From: a virus
Taxonomy: Duplodnaviria; Caudoviricetes
Reading direction: 5' to 3' (one strand)
IMG/VR virus record: IMGVR_UViG_3300020045_005768
Coordinates: 1 to 30,321 of that record
DNA length: 30,321 nucleotides
The position numbers and the translations under genes were made by a program. Below are positions 19,522 through 27,127 of this stretch, piece by piece. The notes beneath the pieces were generated by a model, which ran no database searches, was not told the origin of the DNA, and saw nothing but the letters and a program-made list of their open reading frames with translations. The first letter of the stretch is position 1; every line of letters starts with the position of its first letter.

Positions 19522-20880
19522 ATGATTGAAGTTATTGAGATTATCAATCGCGTTGCCCTCACTTCTTCACGTAATGAGAAAGAAGAAATTCTGAGGAAGT
19601 ATTCAGATAATGTGGATCTAAAGCAAGCAGTGTTTCTTGCCTATGATCAGTTTACACAGTTCTACATTCGTAAGATTCCAAAATATAAACCCAACTTCGA
19701 CTCTTCGAAACAACCTTGGACGCTGCAAGATGCGTTTAACGGTCTCAAAGGTCTGAGTGAGCGTAAATTCACTGGCAACGCAGGTGTTGAGCATCTGACG
19801 AAGATTCTTGAAAATGTATCTAATCAAGATGCTTTGGTGATTATGCTTATCATTGGTAAGGATTTGAAGTGTGGTGCATCTGAAGCCACATTCAACAAAA
19901 TCTGGCCGGACCTTGTGAAAACATATCCGATAATGAAAGCTTCGCAGTTCGATAAGAAGCTCATTGAGCGGTTCATCACATGGCCAGCTGGTGTTCAACT
20001 GAAGATGGATGGCATGCGTGGTAACATCCATCTCAAGCGCAATAAAGAAATTCTCGCGTACTCGCCGAGTGGTAAAGATCTTTTCTTCCACCGTATTGTT
20101 GAAGAAGCAGCTCGCGCTTGGTTTGATGCGCTCGGTGCATTTCCTTGTGTGATTGATGGTGAATTCTACTGCGTCAAGAATGGTAAAATTCTTCCGCGCA
20201 AAGAGGGTAATGGAATTTGCAACAAAGCGATTCGTGGAACAATTAGTGAAGAAGAAGCATCATGGATACGCTTCAAAGTGTGGGATGTGATTCCGCTCGA
20301 AGATTGGGAAAAGAAGTTGTGTGAGATTCCCTACAAAGAGCGTTATGGTTTCATTCTTCAAGCTGATCGTATTCTTCATGAAACTGGTGCATACTACAAA
20401 GAAAGTCAATACAACCCAATCAGCGTTCTTGCAACAGAAATGGTCAACTCGCTTGAAGAAGCTGTTGAGATTTTCCAGCGCTTCTTGAAAGCAGGTGAAG
20501 AAGGTATCATCCTGAAGGATATGGAAGGTGTCTGGGAAGATACACGCGCGAAAGATCAGATCAAGTTCAAGAATGCGCTTCAATGTGAACTTCGAGTGAA
20601 GGGTTGGAAACCTGGAACACCAGGCACGAAGTATGAAGGTATGCTCGGTTCACTTGAGTGCTACTCTGAAGATGATATCATCAAAGTCAACATCTCGTGG
20701 TTCACTGATGAAGAGAGAGCCAAAGGTCCTGAATTCTACATGAACAAGATTGTGACTGTTGAATACAATTCGCGTATTATCAACGAGAAAGGTGAACACT
20801 CGTTATTTATTCCTGGTTTTATCGAAGTGCGTGATGATAAGAATATCGCGCAAACTGAAGATACAATCCCATATATTTAA
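19522..20880 (+). CDS. gp30: ATP-dependent DNA ligase (T4 gp30-like)
   Basis: KMDGMR motif I, IDGE, WDVI, EEGIILK, KFK, OB-domain tail FIEVRDDK. Confidence 0.93.
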   Translation: MIEVIEIINRVALTSSRNEKEEILRKYSDNVDLKQAVFLAYDQFTQFYIRKIPKYKPNFDSSKQPWTLQDAFNGLKGLSERKFTGNAGVEHLTKILENVSNQDALVIMLIIGKDLKCGASEATFNKIWPDLVKTYPIMKASQFDKKLIERFITWPAGVQLKMDGMRGNIHLKRNKEILAYSPSGKDLFFHRIVEEAARAWFDALGAFPCVIDGEFYCVKNGKILPRKEGNGICNKAIRGTISEEEASWIRFKVWDVIPLEDWEKKLCEIPYKERYGFILQADRILHETGAYYKESQYNPISVLATEMVNSLEEAVEIFQRFLKAGEEGIILKDMEGVWEDTRAKDQIKFKNALQCELRVKGWKPGTPGTKYEGMLGSLECYSEDDIIKVNISWFTDEERAKGPEFYMNKIVTVEYNSRIINEKGEHSLFIPGFIEVRDDKNIAQTEDTIPYI

Positions 20881-20898
20881 TCAAGAGGTTATACTACA

Positions 20899-21078
20899 AT
20901 GATAGATGACAAAGAAACAAATTACGTCCCTGATGCAAAGATGCATCTCTATGTCAGTATTGCGAAGAGTATTCTTCGCCTCGGTGCTGCAGTTACGTTG
21001 ATGAGCGAAATGTTCATTGTAGCAGGTGTGTTGTTTCTACTTGCAGAAATTCTTGGAATTGTTGAAGAGGTTGTTTAA
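20899..21078 (+). CDS. 59-aa membrane protein coupled to queD (not in ORF track)
   Basis: SD GAGG; MIDDKETNYVPDAKMHLYVSIAKSILRLGAAVTLMSEMFIVAGVLFLLAEILGIVEEVV; TAATG overlap with queD. Confidence 0.7.
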   Translation: MIDDKETNYVPDAKMHLYVSIAKSILRLGAAVTLMSEMFIVAGVLFLLAEILGIVEEVV

Positions 21079-21542
21079 TGGCAAAATTCAGATCGGTTAA
21101 AGCCTACGGGCACGAGCGTGGTTATGCAGTAGCTTATCGTCAGTGGCGCGCTGATTCTCACTGTAATTTGATTCACGGTTACGCAATGGCGTTTCTGTTT
21201 GAATTTGAATGTGATGAAGATAAGTTGGATCGTCGTAACTGGTGTGTTGACTTTGGTTCATACAAATCGTTGAAAGAAAAACTTGATGAGTGGTTCGATC
21301 ACACTCTACTTGTTGCTCAAGATGACCCCGAATTCAAGACATTCGAAGAGCTTCACAAGAAGAAATTATGCAACATGGTTGTTGTTGAACGCACGGGCTG
21401 CGAAGGTCTTGCGAAATTTCTTGCTGATTACATTCAAGAAATTTGGATGGAAGAAAATGGTTATGGTGACGGTCGCGTGAAACTGATCAGAGTTCGCGTT
21501 CAGGAGACACCTTCAAATTGGTCTGAATGGAATAATGAGTAA
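21078..21542 (+). CDS. queD: 6-carboxy-5,6,7,8-tetrahydropterin synthase
   Basis: HCNLIHGY, WCVDFG, FDHTLL, GCEGLA, VQETPSN. Confidence 0.88.
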   Translation: MAKFRSVKAYGHERGYAVAYRQWRADSHCNLIHGYAMAFLFEFECDEDKLDRRNWCVDFGSYKSLKEKLDEWFDHTLLVAQDDPEFKTFEELHKKKLCNMVVVERTGCEGLAKFLADYIQEIWMEENGYGDGRVKLIRVRVQETPSNWSEWNNE

Positions 21543-21732
21543 TCCAAACAATTGTAGCACCTGTAATCATAAACCACATGGAGATGGTGGTTGGTGCTAT
21601 ATGTTTAAGAAAGAACCGAAAGAAGTGTGCCATCAACACACTGGCCAAAAGCAATCGATGGATAGGTTCTACAGATTAATTGAGGATTTATTCAAAGAAG
21701 TAAGAAATTCAACTGAGAAGGGTCTACTATGA
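21535..21732 (+). CDS. Small Cys-rich hypothetical protein
   Basis: CxxC, WCYMF, CxxH; overlap-coupled. Confidence 0.55.
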   Translation: MSNPNNCSTCNHKPHGDGGWCYMFKKEPKEVCHQHTGQKQSMDRFYRLIEDLFKEVRNSTEKGLL

Positions 21733-22172
21733 AAATCAATCGTGATGTTTGGCACTACAGACTCGCAAATCTTACTGGTGATTATCGCTGGGAAGATAAC
21801 ACTGATATTTGTGTATACACCCGCAAGATTATACTCAACCTGATACTTGCGATATTAGGTGCATTAATTGTTGTTGTACTTGGTATCGGTGTGTTGATGA
21901 TAACAGCTGATATGATTGCATGGTTAGTAGCTTCAATAGCTACTATGAGTTTTCTTCCGTTCGGTGAAGGTGCGGCGGGGTTTGTCCTCGTTACTAGTTG
22001 TTTATTTCTTGTATTCGGACTACCATATGGGTGGAATAAATTTTCAAATACTGCATCAAAGATCACAACTTCTGTAGTTGATATTCCATTCGTGCAAACA
22101 GCCTATGATGCGTGGAAGAATAAGTTTTGTATAAAAATTGAATTTGAGAGTGAAGATGAAGATAAAAACTAA
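21729..22172 (+). CDS. Hypothetical membrane protein
   Basis: ATGA-coupled; long hydrophobic segments. Confidence 0.7.
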   Translation: MKINRDVWHYRLANLTGDYRWEDNTDICVYTRKIILNLILAILGALIVVVLGIGVLMITADMIAWLVASIATMSFLPFGEGAAGFVLVTSCLFLVFGLPYGWNKFSNTASKITTSVVDIPFVQTAYDAWKNKFCIKIEFESEDEDKN

Positions 22173-22437
22173 GGTATCACAAGAGCATCTTTTACTAATG
22201 CTCATGGCAACTGGCTTTCAGCAGGCCGTCACATCATTCAATGCTACTGCCCCTAATCATGAAATGTCTGGTATGGTTGGTTGCTCAGAAGTTGACATTG
22301 AGTTTAATGTGAGAGATTTGAGTGAGTTTACAAGACTATTCTATCTAACACAGTACAAGTCAACCAAGGATTTTGAGCATGTACTCAAATCATTGAATGA
22401 GTGTATTAAGAATACGGTACAGCTGACCAAATACTAG
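22156..22437 (+). CDS. Hypothetical protein
   Basis: Packed ORF; start at MKIKTK. Confidence 0.55.
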   Translation: MKIKTKVSQEHLLLMLMATGFQQAVTSFNATAPNHEMSGMVGCSEVDIEFNVRDLSEFTRLFYLTQYKSTKDFEHVLKSLNECIKNTVQLTKY

Positions 22438-22438
22438 T

Positions 22439-22481
22439 AGGTTCTCCTTGTGATATAAATACACAATCACAAGGAGAACCT
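22439..22481 (+). promoter_or_regulatory. Late promoter (TATAAATA 22454-22461) in the loop of a perfect 16-bp hairpin that sequesters the SD of the next gene
   Basis: AGGTTCTCCTTGTGAT / ATCACAAGGAGAACCT. Confidence 0.85.
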
Positions 22482-22482
22482 C

Positions 22483-22803
22483 ATGAAACATGCATTTGGT
22501 GTTCTTTTGTTATTGTTGTCACTAAATGTATGCGCTACAGATTATGTTGCTCGTAATCGAGCCGGTGGTTTAATACTATTCTTAATGGATACACCATGCC
22601 CTGTAAAGAGTATCCAAGCTCCCAACGTCTTTTTCATAGCAACAACCAATAAACAACACGAAGTTGTTCTTCGTGGTTGTGGTGTGAAAGAAAAGAATGG
22701 TGTGATTCTCATGTTCTGGGAAGATGGTGACACTGATAAGACTCATATCAGAGAACTCACAGCATTATCTGAGAGGAAGAAATCTCCTAAGCTCAGCATA
22801 TAA
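22483..22803 (+). CDS. Small secreted/periplasmic late protein
   Basis: Signal peptide MKHAFGVLLLLLSLNVCA; two further Cys. Confidence 0.7.
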   Translation: MKHAFGVLLLLLSLNVCATDYVARNRAGGLILFLMDTPCPVKSIQAPNVFFIATTNKQHEVVLRGCGVKEKNGVILMFWEDGDTDKTHIRELTALSERKKSPKLSI

Positions 22804-22806
22804 ATA
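22799..22806 (+). promoter_or_regulatory. T4-type late promoter
   Basis: Exact TATAAATA. Confidence 0.7.
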
Positions 22807-22870
22807 CTCCTGTAGTTTCTGTCTTTAATCAACATGCCACTAGACAGATGGCAGTATAAAGGAGGACCAA

Positions 22871-23659
22871 ATGATGTACAACAACCAGTTCGTATTAGCT
22901 GTAAAGCATTCCGGTAAGATTCTTCGCGAGTTTGGCGATAAGGTCTACCTTCCCTTCGGATCGGAGTATTCACTCCTCCTCAAAAATCTCAACACGCTTC
23001 GAGCTCTCGCTACAGTTACCATCGATGGTACTGATGTAGGTGACGGTCACGCTTTTGTCATTCAACCTGGTCAGGAAATGTCAATTGAGCGATTCGTAAG
23101 TAACTTGGATAAAGGTAATCGATTCAAGTTCATTGAGCGTATCAAAGAGATTGAGCAGCATCGTGGTATCGGTATTCAGGATGGAATCGTTCAAGTGAAG
23201 TTTCAATTCGAACGACCAATCAAAACCATCACGACATGGTCCAGCCCATCCTACCCTTGGTCACCAGTGGCTCCATATGATCCGTTTGGTGATAAGTATC
23301 GAGGTGGTGACTTCATTCAGATGTCAAACACATTTGGAGCTGTAGGCGGTCACAGTGTATCAAGTTGCTTCGCATCATTAAACTCTGCTGATATCACACC
23401 AACAGCTGCTGTATTACCACAGAACGCGGCACCTGGTATCACTGTTCCTGGTTCTATCTCAAATCAGCAATTTCATGTTACGTCGAGCTTTGATGTTGAC
23501 CCGACGACCCACTCAATTGTTCTAATGTTGCAGGGTGGTGAAGTCAAAGAAGCCATCACAGTAAAGAAGCGTGTAACTTGTAGAAACTGTCGCCGTCGTT
23601 GTAATGCAAAGGCCCAGTTCTGCACCCGCTGTGGTACTGCTCTAAACATCATAAAATAA
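22871..23659 (+). CDS. Hypothetical protein with C-terminal zinc ribbon
   Basis: SD AAGGAGG; CxxC...FCxxCG at C-terminus. Confidence 0.8.
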   Translation: MMYNNQFVLAVKHSGKILREFGDKVYLPFGSEYSLLLKNLNTLRALATVTIDGTDVGDGHAFVIQPGQEMSIERFVSNLDKGNRFKFIERIKEIEQHRGIGIQDGIVQVKFQFERPIKTITTWSSPSYPWSPVAPYDPFGDKYRGGDFIQMSNTFGAVGGHSVSSCFASLNSADITPTAAVLPQNAAPGITVPGSISNQQFHVTSSFDVDPTTHSIVLMLQGGEVKEAITVKKRVTCRNCRRRCNAKAQFCTRCGTALNIIK

Positions 23660-23661
23660 AT

Positions 23662-23690
23662 TTGCCCTAATAATCATAATCTCCTATAAT
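23662..23690 (+). promoter_or_regulatory. Early promoter TTGCCC-N17-TATAAT
   Basis: Same -35 plus TAAT as cassettes at 8161/8490. Confidence 0.75.
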
Positions 23691-23707
23691 GTATGTAATA
23701 GGAGATT

Positions 23708-23911
23708 ATGATGATAAACGTTCCCTACACTGAAGACATGCTCGCGTATCGTAAAGAGCACTTTATCACTGAAGTGCTCGATCACGAGATGTTGGTTGGT
23801 GAAATCAAGATTAGCGTCGGTCTCGCAAATTTCAGAAATAACATCACAGTGAATCGTGAAGAACTTCTGAAGATCAAAGAAGCAATTGAGAAGTATTTGG
23901 AGAAATCATGA
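23708..23911 (+). CDS. Hypothetical protein
   Basis: SD AGGAG after promoter. Confidence 0.65.
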   Translation: MMINVPYTEDMLAYRKEHFITEVLDHEMLVGEIKISVGLANFRNNITVNREELLKIKEAIEKYLEKS

Positions 23912-24210
23912 AATTCAACTACAACGCTGAGCAGTTAAAAGCAACAGCTCAATACATTCTGACACACAATCCGAAGATGTGTCAGAATCACGGTATCCAT
24001 ACTCTCGAAGAGATGGAAAAGTGTATCATCGAAACCATCAAGACACTCAAGCGGACAGATGGAAGGGTCTTCGAAAGTCTCGCAACAGGTGGTTTTCAAG
24101 TTGACGCTGTAAAAGATTCCTATACAGATGATGTATACAATATCTACTGTTGGGTTGACCCTGCGCTGGGCATTCGGGCGTATGGCAAAGAATCCGCCAT
24201 AGAAGTATGA
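23908..24210 (+). CDS. Hypothetical protein
   Basis: ATGA-coupled. Confidence 0.65.
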   Translation: MKFNYNAEQLKATAQYILTHNPKMCQNHGIHTLEEMEKCIIETIKTLKRTDGRVFESLATGGFQVDAVKDSYTDDVYNIYCWVDPALGIRAYGKESAIEV

Positions 24211-24377
24211 GCTATATCGACTATTATGGCCACACGAAGAGGGCTGTTGAACTCCTCACTAGAATTAACAACGGTGACGAGTCCGCTTTCAAAGAGATTG
24301 AAGACTTTCTTAAGTCTCTTGAAGATGAGAGAAATCTTCGTGAAGCAGCTGAACTCAAAGGAACAGTTCAGTTATGA
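24207..24377 (+). CDS. 56-aa hypothetical protein (not in ORF track)
   Basis: MSYIDYYGHTKRAVELL...; ATGA overlaps at both ends. Confidence 0.6.
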   Translation: MSYIDYYGHTKRAVELLTRINNGDESAFKEIEDFLKSLEDERNLREAAELKGTVQL

Positions 24378-24643
24378 CAACAGAGACACTCGATTTTGTA
24401 AAGCGCGATATCAAAGAGTATGAGGTCTTTGATATCCACTGTAAAGATAATCGTGTCAAGGTTGGTGAAGTCTTTCAAGATGTTGATGGTTATCACAAAT
24501 TCTGGCCAAATCATCCAAGCGGAGGTGGGTACTTCCCCACTTACATGATGCGTGAAATTGCTGATAAAGTTGACAAACTGAATGAAGAGTGGGACAACAT
24601 CATCAGAAACGACCCGAGGATCAATGGAACCCAAGATAACTGA
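24374..24643 (+). CDS. Hypothetical protein
   Basis: ATGA-coupled. Confidence 0.65.
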   Translation: MTTETLDFVKRDIKEYEVFDIHCKDNRVKVGEVFQDVDGYHKFWPNHPSGGGYFPTYMMREIADKVDKLNEEWDNIIRNDPRINGTQDN

Positions 24644-24962
24644 TTGTTGTTTGACCAAGCTAGGCGTTCATCTCGATTTCGATAATGGAACTTGGGAAGC
24701 GCAACCTGCTGATAAAGCTCACAAATATCTCTTACAACGCGTGCAGTATCTTGAACGCGTGATTGTAGACCAGGGCGCGATTATCAGAATGGGTGTGCCT
24801 GTTCATCATATCGAAACGATGGAAAAGCAGAAGAAGCTACTTCAAGCGTACCTCAGTGAATTCCCTGAGCACGATCAGGGTGACCACCGTGTGTATGAAG
24901 CTTGTACATCAATTGAAAACGTCATCAATAAGGTGAAACCATATGCCGTTCCCAAACGCTGA
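24624..24962 (+). CDS. Hypothetical protein
   Basis: SD GAGGA before MEPKITD. Confidence 0.6.
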   Translation: MEPKITDCCLTKLGVHLDFDNGTWEAQPADKAHKYLLQRVQYLERVIVDQGAIIRMGVPVHHIETMEKQKKLLQAYLSEFPEHDQGDHRVYEACTSIENVINKVKPYAVPKR

Positions 24963-25143
24963 AGGTGTTGTGTATGAAACACGAGATGCGGTGATATGTC
25001 ATCGTGGTTGTGGACGAGTCGCTCTTTCTGAAGAAGAGTACGACCATCAACTGAATCAACCGGATTGGGGCTGGAGATGCCCGAAGTGTGGTGATAGTGC
25101 CACCTGGGACGATCACTGTCCTACAACGAATCCTCCAGAATGA
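24943..25143 (+). CDS. Small zinc-finger protein
   Basis: CxxxCG ... WRCPKCG; SD AAGGTG. Confidence 0.6.
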   Translation: MPFPNAEGVVYETRDAVICHRGCGRVALSEEEYDHQLNQPDWGWRCPKCGDSATWDDHCPTTNPPE

Positions 25144-25409
25144 TTGAATGGATTACGCAGGACTTCAAATCACATCCAGGTAGATTTGTTGTTGAAGTTC
25201 TCGCGTGGATTATCAGTATTGGATGCTCAGTAACGATTGCGTTTACTGTTCCTAATCCACCTTGGGTCATCTTGTATTCAGTATGGATTCCAGGATGCGC
25301 GCTTTATGCGTGGGCCGCGTGGACTCGTAACTCATTTGGAATGCTTGCTAACTACATCCTACTTACAACGATTGATTGTATCGGCTTCTATCGAGTTCTG
25401 ACAAATTGA
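25140..25409 (+). CDS. Small three-helix membrane protein
   Basis: Three hydrophobic segments; ATGA-coupled. Confidence 0.7.
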   Translation: MIEWITQDFKSHPGRFVVEVLAWIISIGCSVTIAFTVPNPPWVILYSVWIPGCALYAWAAWTRNSFGMLANYILLTTIDCIGFYRVLTN

Positions 25410-25415
25410 TCTGAA

Positions 25416-25423
25416 TATAAATA
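25416..25423 (+). promoter_or_regulatory. T4-type late promoter
   Basis: Exact TATAAATA. Confidence 0.75.
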
Positions 25424-25446
25424 CTATCTCAGATTTGGAGATTAAT

Positions 25447-25830
25447 ATGCAGCGATTTAAAGAGTTCATAACAGAGATGTCTCACAGTCTCGCTATTCTT
25501 CCAGCGACACGTATCCTCTACAATAAGAATAAAGTGGGTCACGACGAACTCGGTGCCGATCATAAAGATGGTACAGTATACGCCGCACGTATGCATACAG
25601 GCTCCGGCGATAAACACGTCTTTCTTCACAGTGCTGGAGGAAAACTCAGCGATGTAAAAGTTGGTACAAAGCATTTCTGGCACCACGATCAGACACAACC
25701 TGGCGGTCAACGATCCGGTTCTCAACGCTTAACAATTGATAACGTGATACATCACAAAGATGGTAAGATTCACTCACACGAAAATGATGTGGGTGTCAAT
25801 GAGAAGCGACCGGTGTACGTGTTCAAATAA
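25447..25830 (+). CDS. His-rich putative internal head protein
   Basis: N-terminus MQRFKEFITE resembles T4 capsid-targeting sequence MKTYQEFIAE; late promoter, SD GGAG. Confidence 0.65.
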   Translation: MQRFKEFITEMSHSLAILPATRILYNKNKVGHDELGADHKDGTVYAARMHTGSGDKHVFLHSAGGKLSDVKVGTKHFWHHDQTQPGGQRSGSQRLTIDNVIHHKDGKIHSHENDVGVNEKRPVYVFK

Positions 25831-26198
25831 TGCCTACAAAGAAAGTATTCATTCCTGGAAGCGGCTGGCACGAGGTGAAAGTACCTGTGAAGAAAGAGAA
25901 GGATCCAGAGAAAGTCAAACGCTTCAAAGAGCATGTGAATGAGTCAACAACTACACTGAAAGACAAAATTCGTCATCACGTTTTCGCTGCGTGGAAAGAA
26001 GATGGTCTGACACATACACCAGAGAATCATCACCGTGAATTAGAAGGTGATGATCTCGATGATTTTGAAGATCATGTTGATGATGTGCATAAGCATATGA
26101 AGAAGCACAACATCAAAGACCCTGAGAAGGGTACTCATCATTACATGGAAACACTCGCAAACGCTCAAGACGCGGCCCATAAGAAAACGAGACACTAA
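25830..26198 (+). CDS. His-rich putative internal head protein
   Basis: TAATG-coupled; internal KRFKEHVNE resembles the same targeting motif. Confidence 0.55.
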   Translation: MPTKKVFIPGSGWHEVKVPVKKEKDPEKVKRFKEHVNESTTTLKDKIRHHVFAAWKEDGLTHTPENHHRELEGDDLDDFEDHVDDVHKHMKKHNIKDPEKGTHHYMETLANAQDAAHKKTRH

Positions 26199-26239
26199 TG
26201 AAAACATACAAAGAATTTAAAAAATATCCTTTATTTTAA
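26198..26239 (+). pseudogene. Remnant of an internal-protein gene (MKTYKEFKKYPLF*)
   Basis: TAATG-coupled; first 7 residues nearly identical to T4 MKTYQEF; runs into a promoter. Confidence 0.45.
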
Positions 26240-26258
26240 TGGCAAGGGGTACTAGAAT
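26230..26258 (+). promoter_or_regulatory. Promoter TTTATT-N17-TAGAAT for tRNA-Met
   Basis: Spacing; similar to 26373 promoter. Confidence 0.5.
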
Positions 26259-26276
26259 ATATATAGTAATGACAAT

Positions 26277-26353
26277 AGCAGTTGGGGAGCTTAAGTAGCT
26301 CAGTGGTCTCATAAGCCACTACCATGTAGGTGCAAATCCTACCGCTGCTACCA
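26277..26353 (+). tRNA. tRNA with CAT anticodon (Met/fMet/Ile2 not resolved)
   Basis: Cloverleaf, loop CTCATAA, encoded CCA. Confidence 0.85.
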
Positions 26354-26372
26354 AAATTCTTTAAAAGATATC

Positions 26373-26401
26373 TTTATTTAATTGGTCAGATATCTTATAA
26401 T
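26373..26401 (+). promoter_or_regulatory. Promoter TTTATT-N17-TATAAT for leader peptide/tRNA array
   Basis: Exact spacing; overlapped by AAGATATCT/AGATATCTT inverted repeat. Confidence 0.7.
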
Positions 26402-26435
26402 TGTTGTATAGTAAATTTTAACTAACGAAATAAAC

Positions 26436-26564
26436 ATGAAAACAGATAAACGCACATTGGAAAAGTATCAAAGCTGGTCACAGCATCTTGATATTTGTGT
26501 GTTTACAGGCTCAAATGCGGGAGAGCCTAGTAAGAAGCCTTTTGTGGATACGTGGGATGAGTAA
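26436..26564 (+). CDS. Putative attenuator leader peptide (42 aa) containing all 20 amino acids
   Basis: MKTDKRTLEKYQSWSQHLDICVFTGSNAGEPSKKPFVDTWDE*; stop lies inside the antiterminator; SD weak. Confidence 0.7.
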   Translation: MKTDKRTLEKYQSWSQHLDICVFTGSNAGEPSKKPFVDTWDE

Positions 26565-26592
26565 GTAGTCCCATCGAGTCAAAACAAAAGGC
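26537..26592 (+). promoter_or_regulatory. Antiterminator hairpin
   Basis: GCCTTTTGT (26537-45) pairs ACAAAAGGC (26584-92); inner TGGGA/TCCCA; exclusive with terminator. Confidence 0.75.
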
Positions 26593-26616
26593 CATCTGGA
26601 GACAGTGGCCTTTTTT
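26586..26616 (+). terminator. Intrinsic terminator (attenuator) upstream of tRNA array
   Basis: AAAAGGCCA-T-CTG-GAGA-CAG-TGGCC-TTTTTT. Confidence 0.85.
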
Positions 26617-26793
26617 ATTGATTCAAGTGTAATGAGGAACGCGACCTCGTGAGGCACTTAAAACATCTCAGGATTGGCGGCGGCTAGGATGAAATTCATG
26701 GCGGCAACTTGAAGAGTAAAATAAGTCAGAGTGGGGAAGGCCTACTCCTTAATTGAAAGTTATTTCAGTGAGATTATTTTCAATTAAGAATTT

Positions 26794-26870
26794 GGTTCCT
26801 TAGCTCAGTTGCGTAGAGCATCCTCCTTACAAGTGGAATGTCGAAGGTTCGAGTCCTTCAGGAATCACCA
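26794..26870 (+). tRNA. tRNA-Val(TAC)
   Basis: Cloverleaf, loop CTTACAA, CCA. Confidence 0.9.
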
Positions 26871-26875
26871 AATTC

Positions 26876-26951
26876 GGTAGTGAAGCTCATATGGATGAGC
26901 GGCGTCTTGATAAGGCGAAGGCAAAAGGTTCGAATCCTTTGACTACCACCA
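26876..26951 (+). tRNA. tRNA-Ile(GAT)
   Basis: Loop TTGATAA, TTCGAAT T-loop, CCA. Confidence 0.9.
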
Positions 26952-26958
26952 AAGTTAT

Positions 26959-27031
26959 GCGTTTATTCTCCTGGGAGAGGACATAGCCTTCCAAGCTATT
27001 GGACGCGGTTCGAATCCGCGTAGACGCTCCA
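26959..27031 (+). tRNA. tRNA-Gly(TCC)
   Basis: Loop CTTCCAA, U73, CCA. Confidence 0.9.
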
Positions 27032-27037
27032 AACAAT

Positions 27038-27121
27038 GTATCGTATGACACAACGGTGTGTCAGCTGTCTGTAAAACAGCCGCCTCTGGCATGGTGGGTT
27101 CGATCCCCTCACGGTACACCA
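27038..27121 (+). tRNA. tRNA-Tyr(GTA)
   Basis: Loop CTGTAAA, long variable arm, CCA. Confidence 0.88.
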
Positions 27122-27127
27122 GATTAT

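Noticed and set aside
269-20583. Antisense and alternate-frame ORFs inside large genes (e.g. 6041..6736, 5017..5508, 19618..20091)
   Set aside because: Fully overlap well-supported genes; expected from codon bias
24226-24423. 65-aa ORF in track
   Set aside because: The 24207..24377 frame is ATGA-coupled on both sides and fits better
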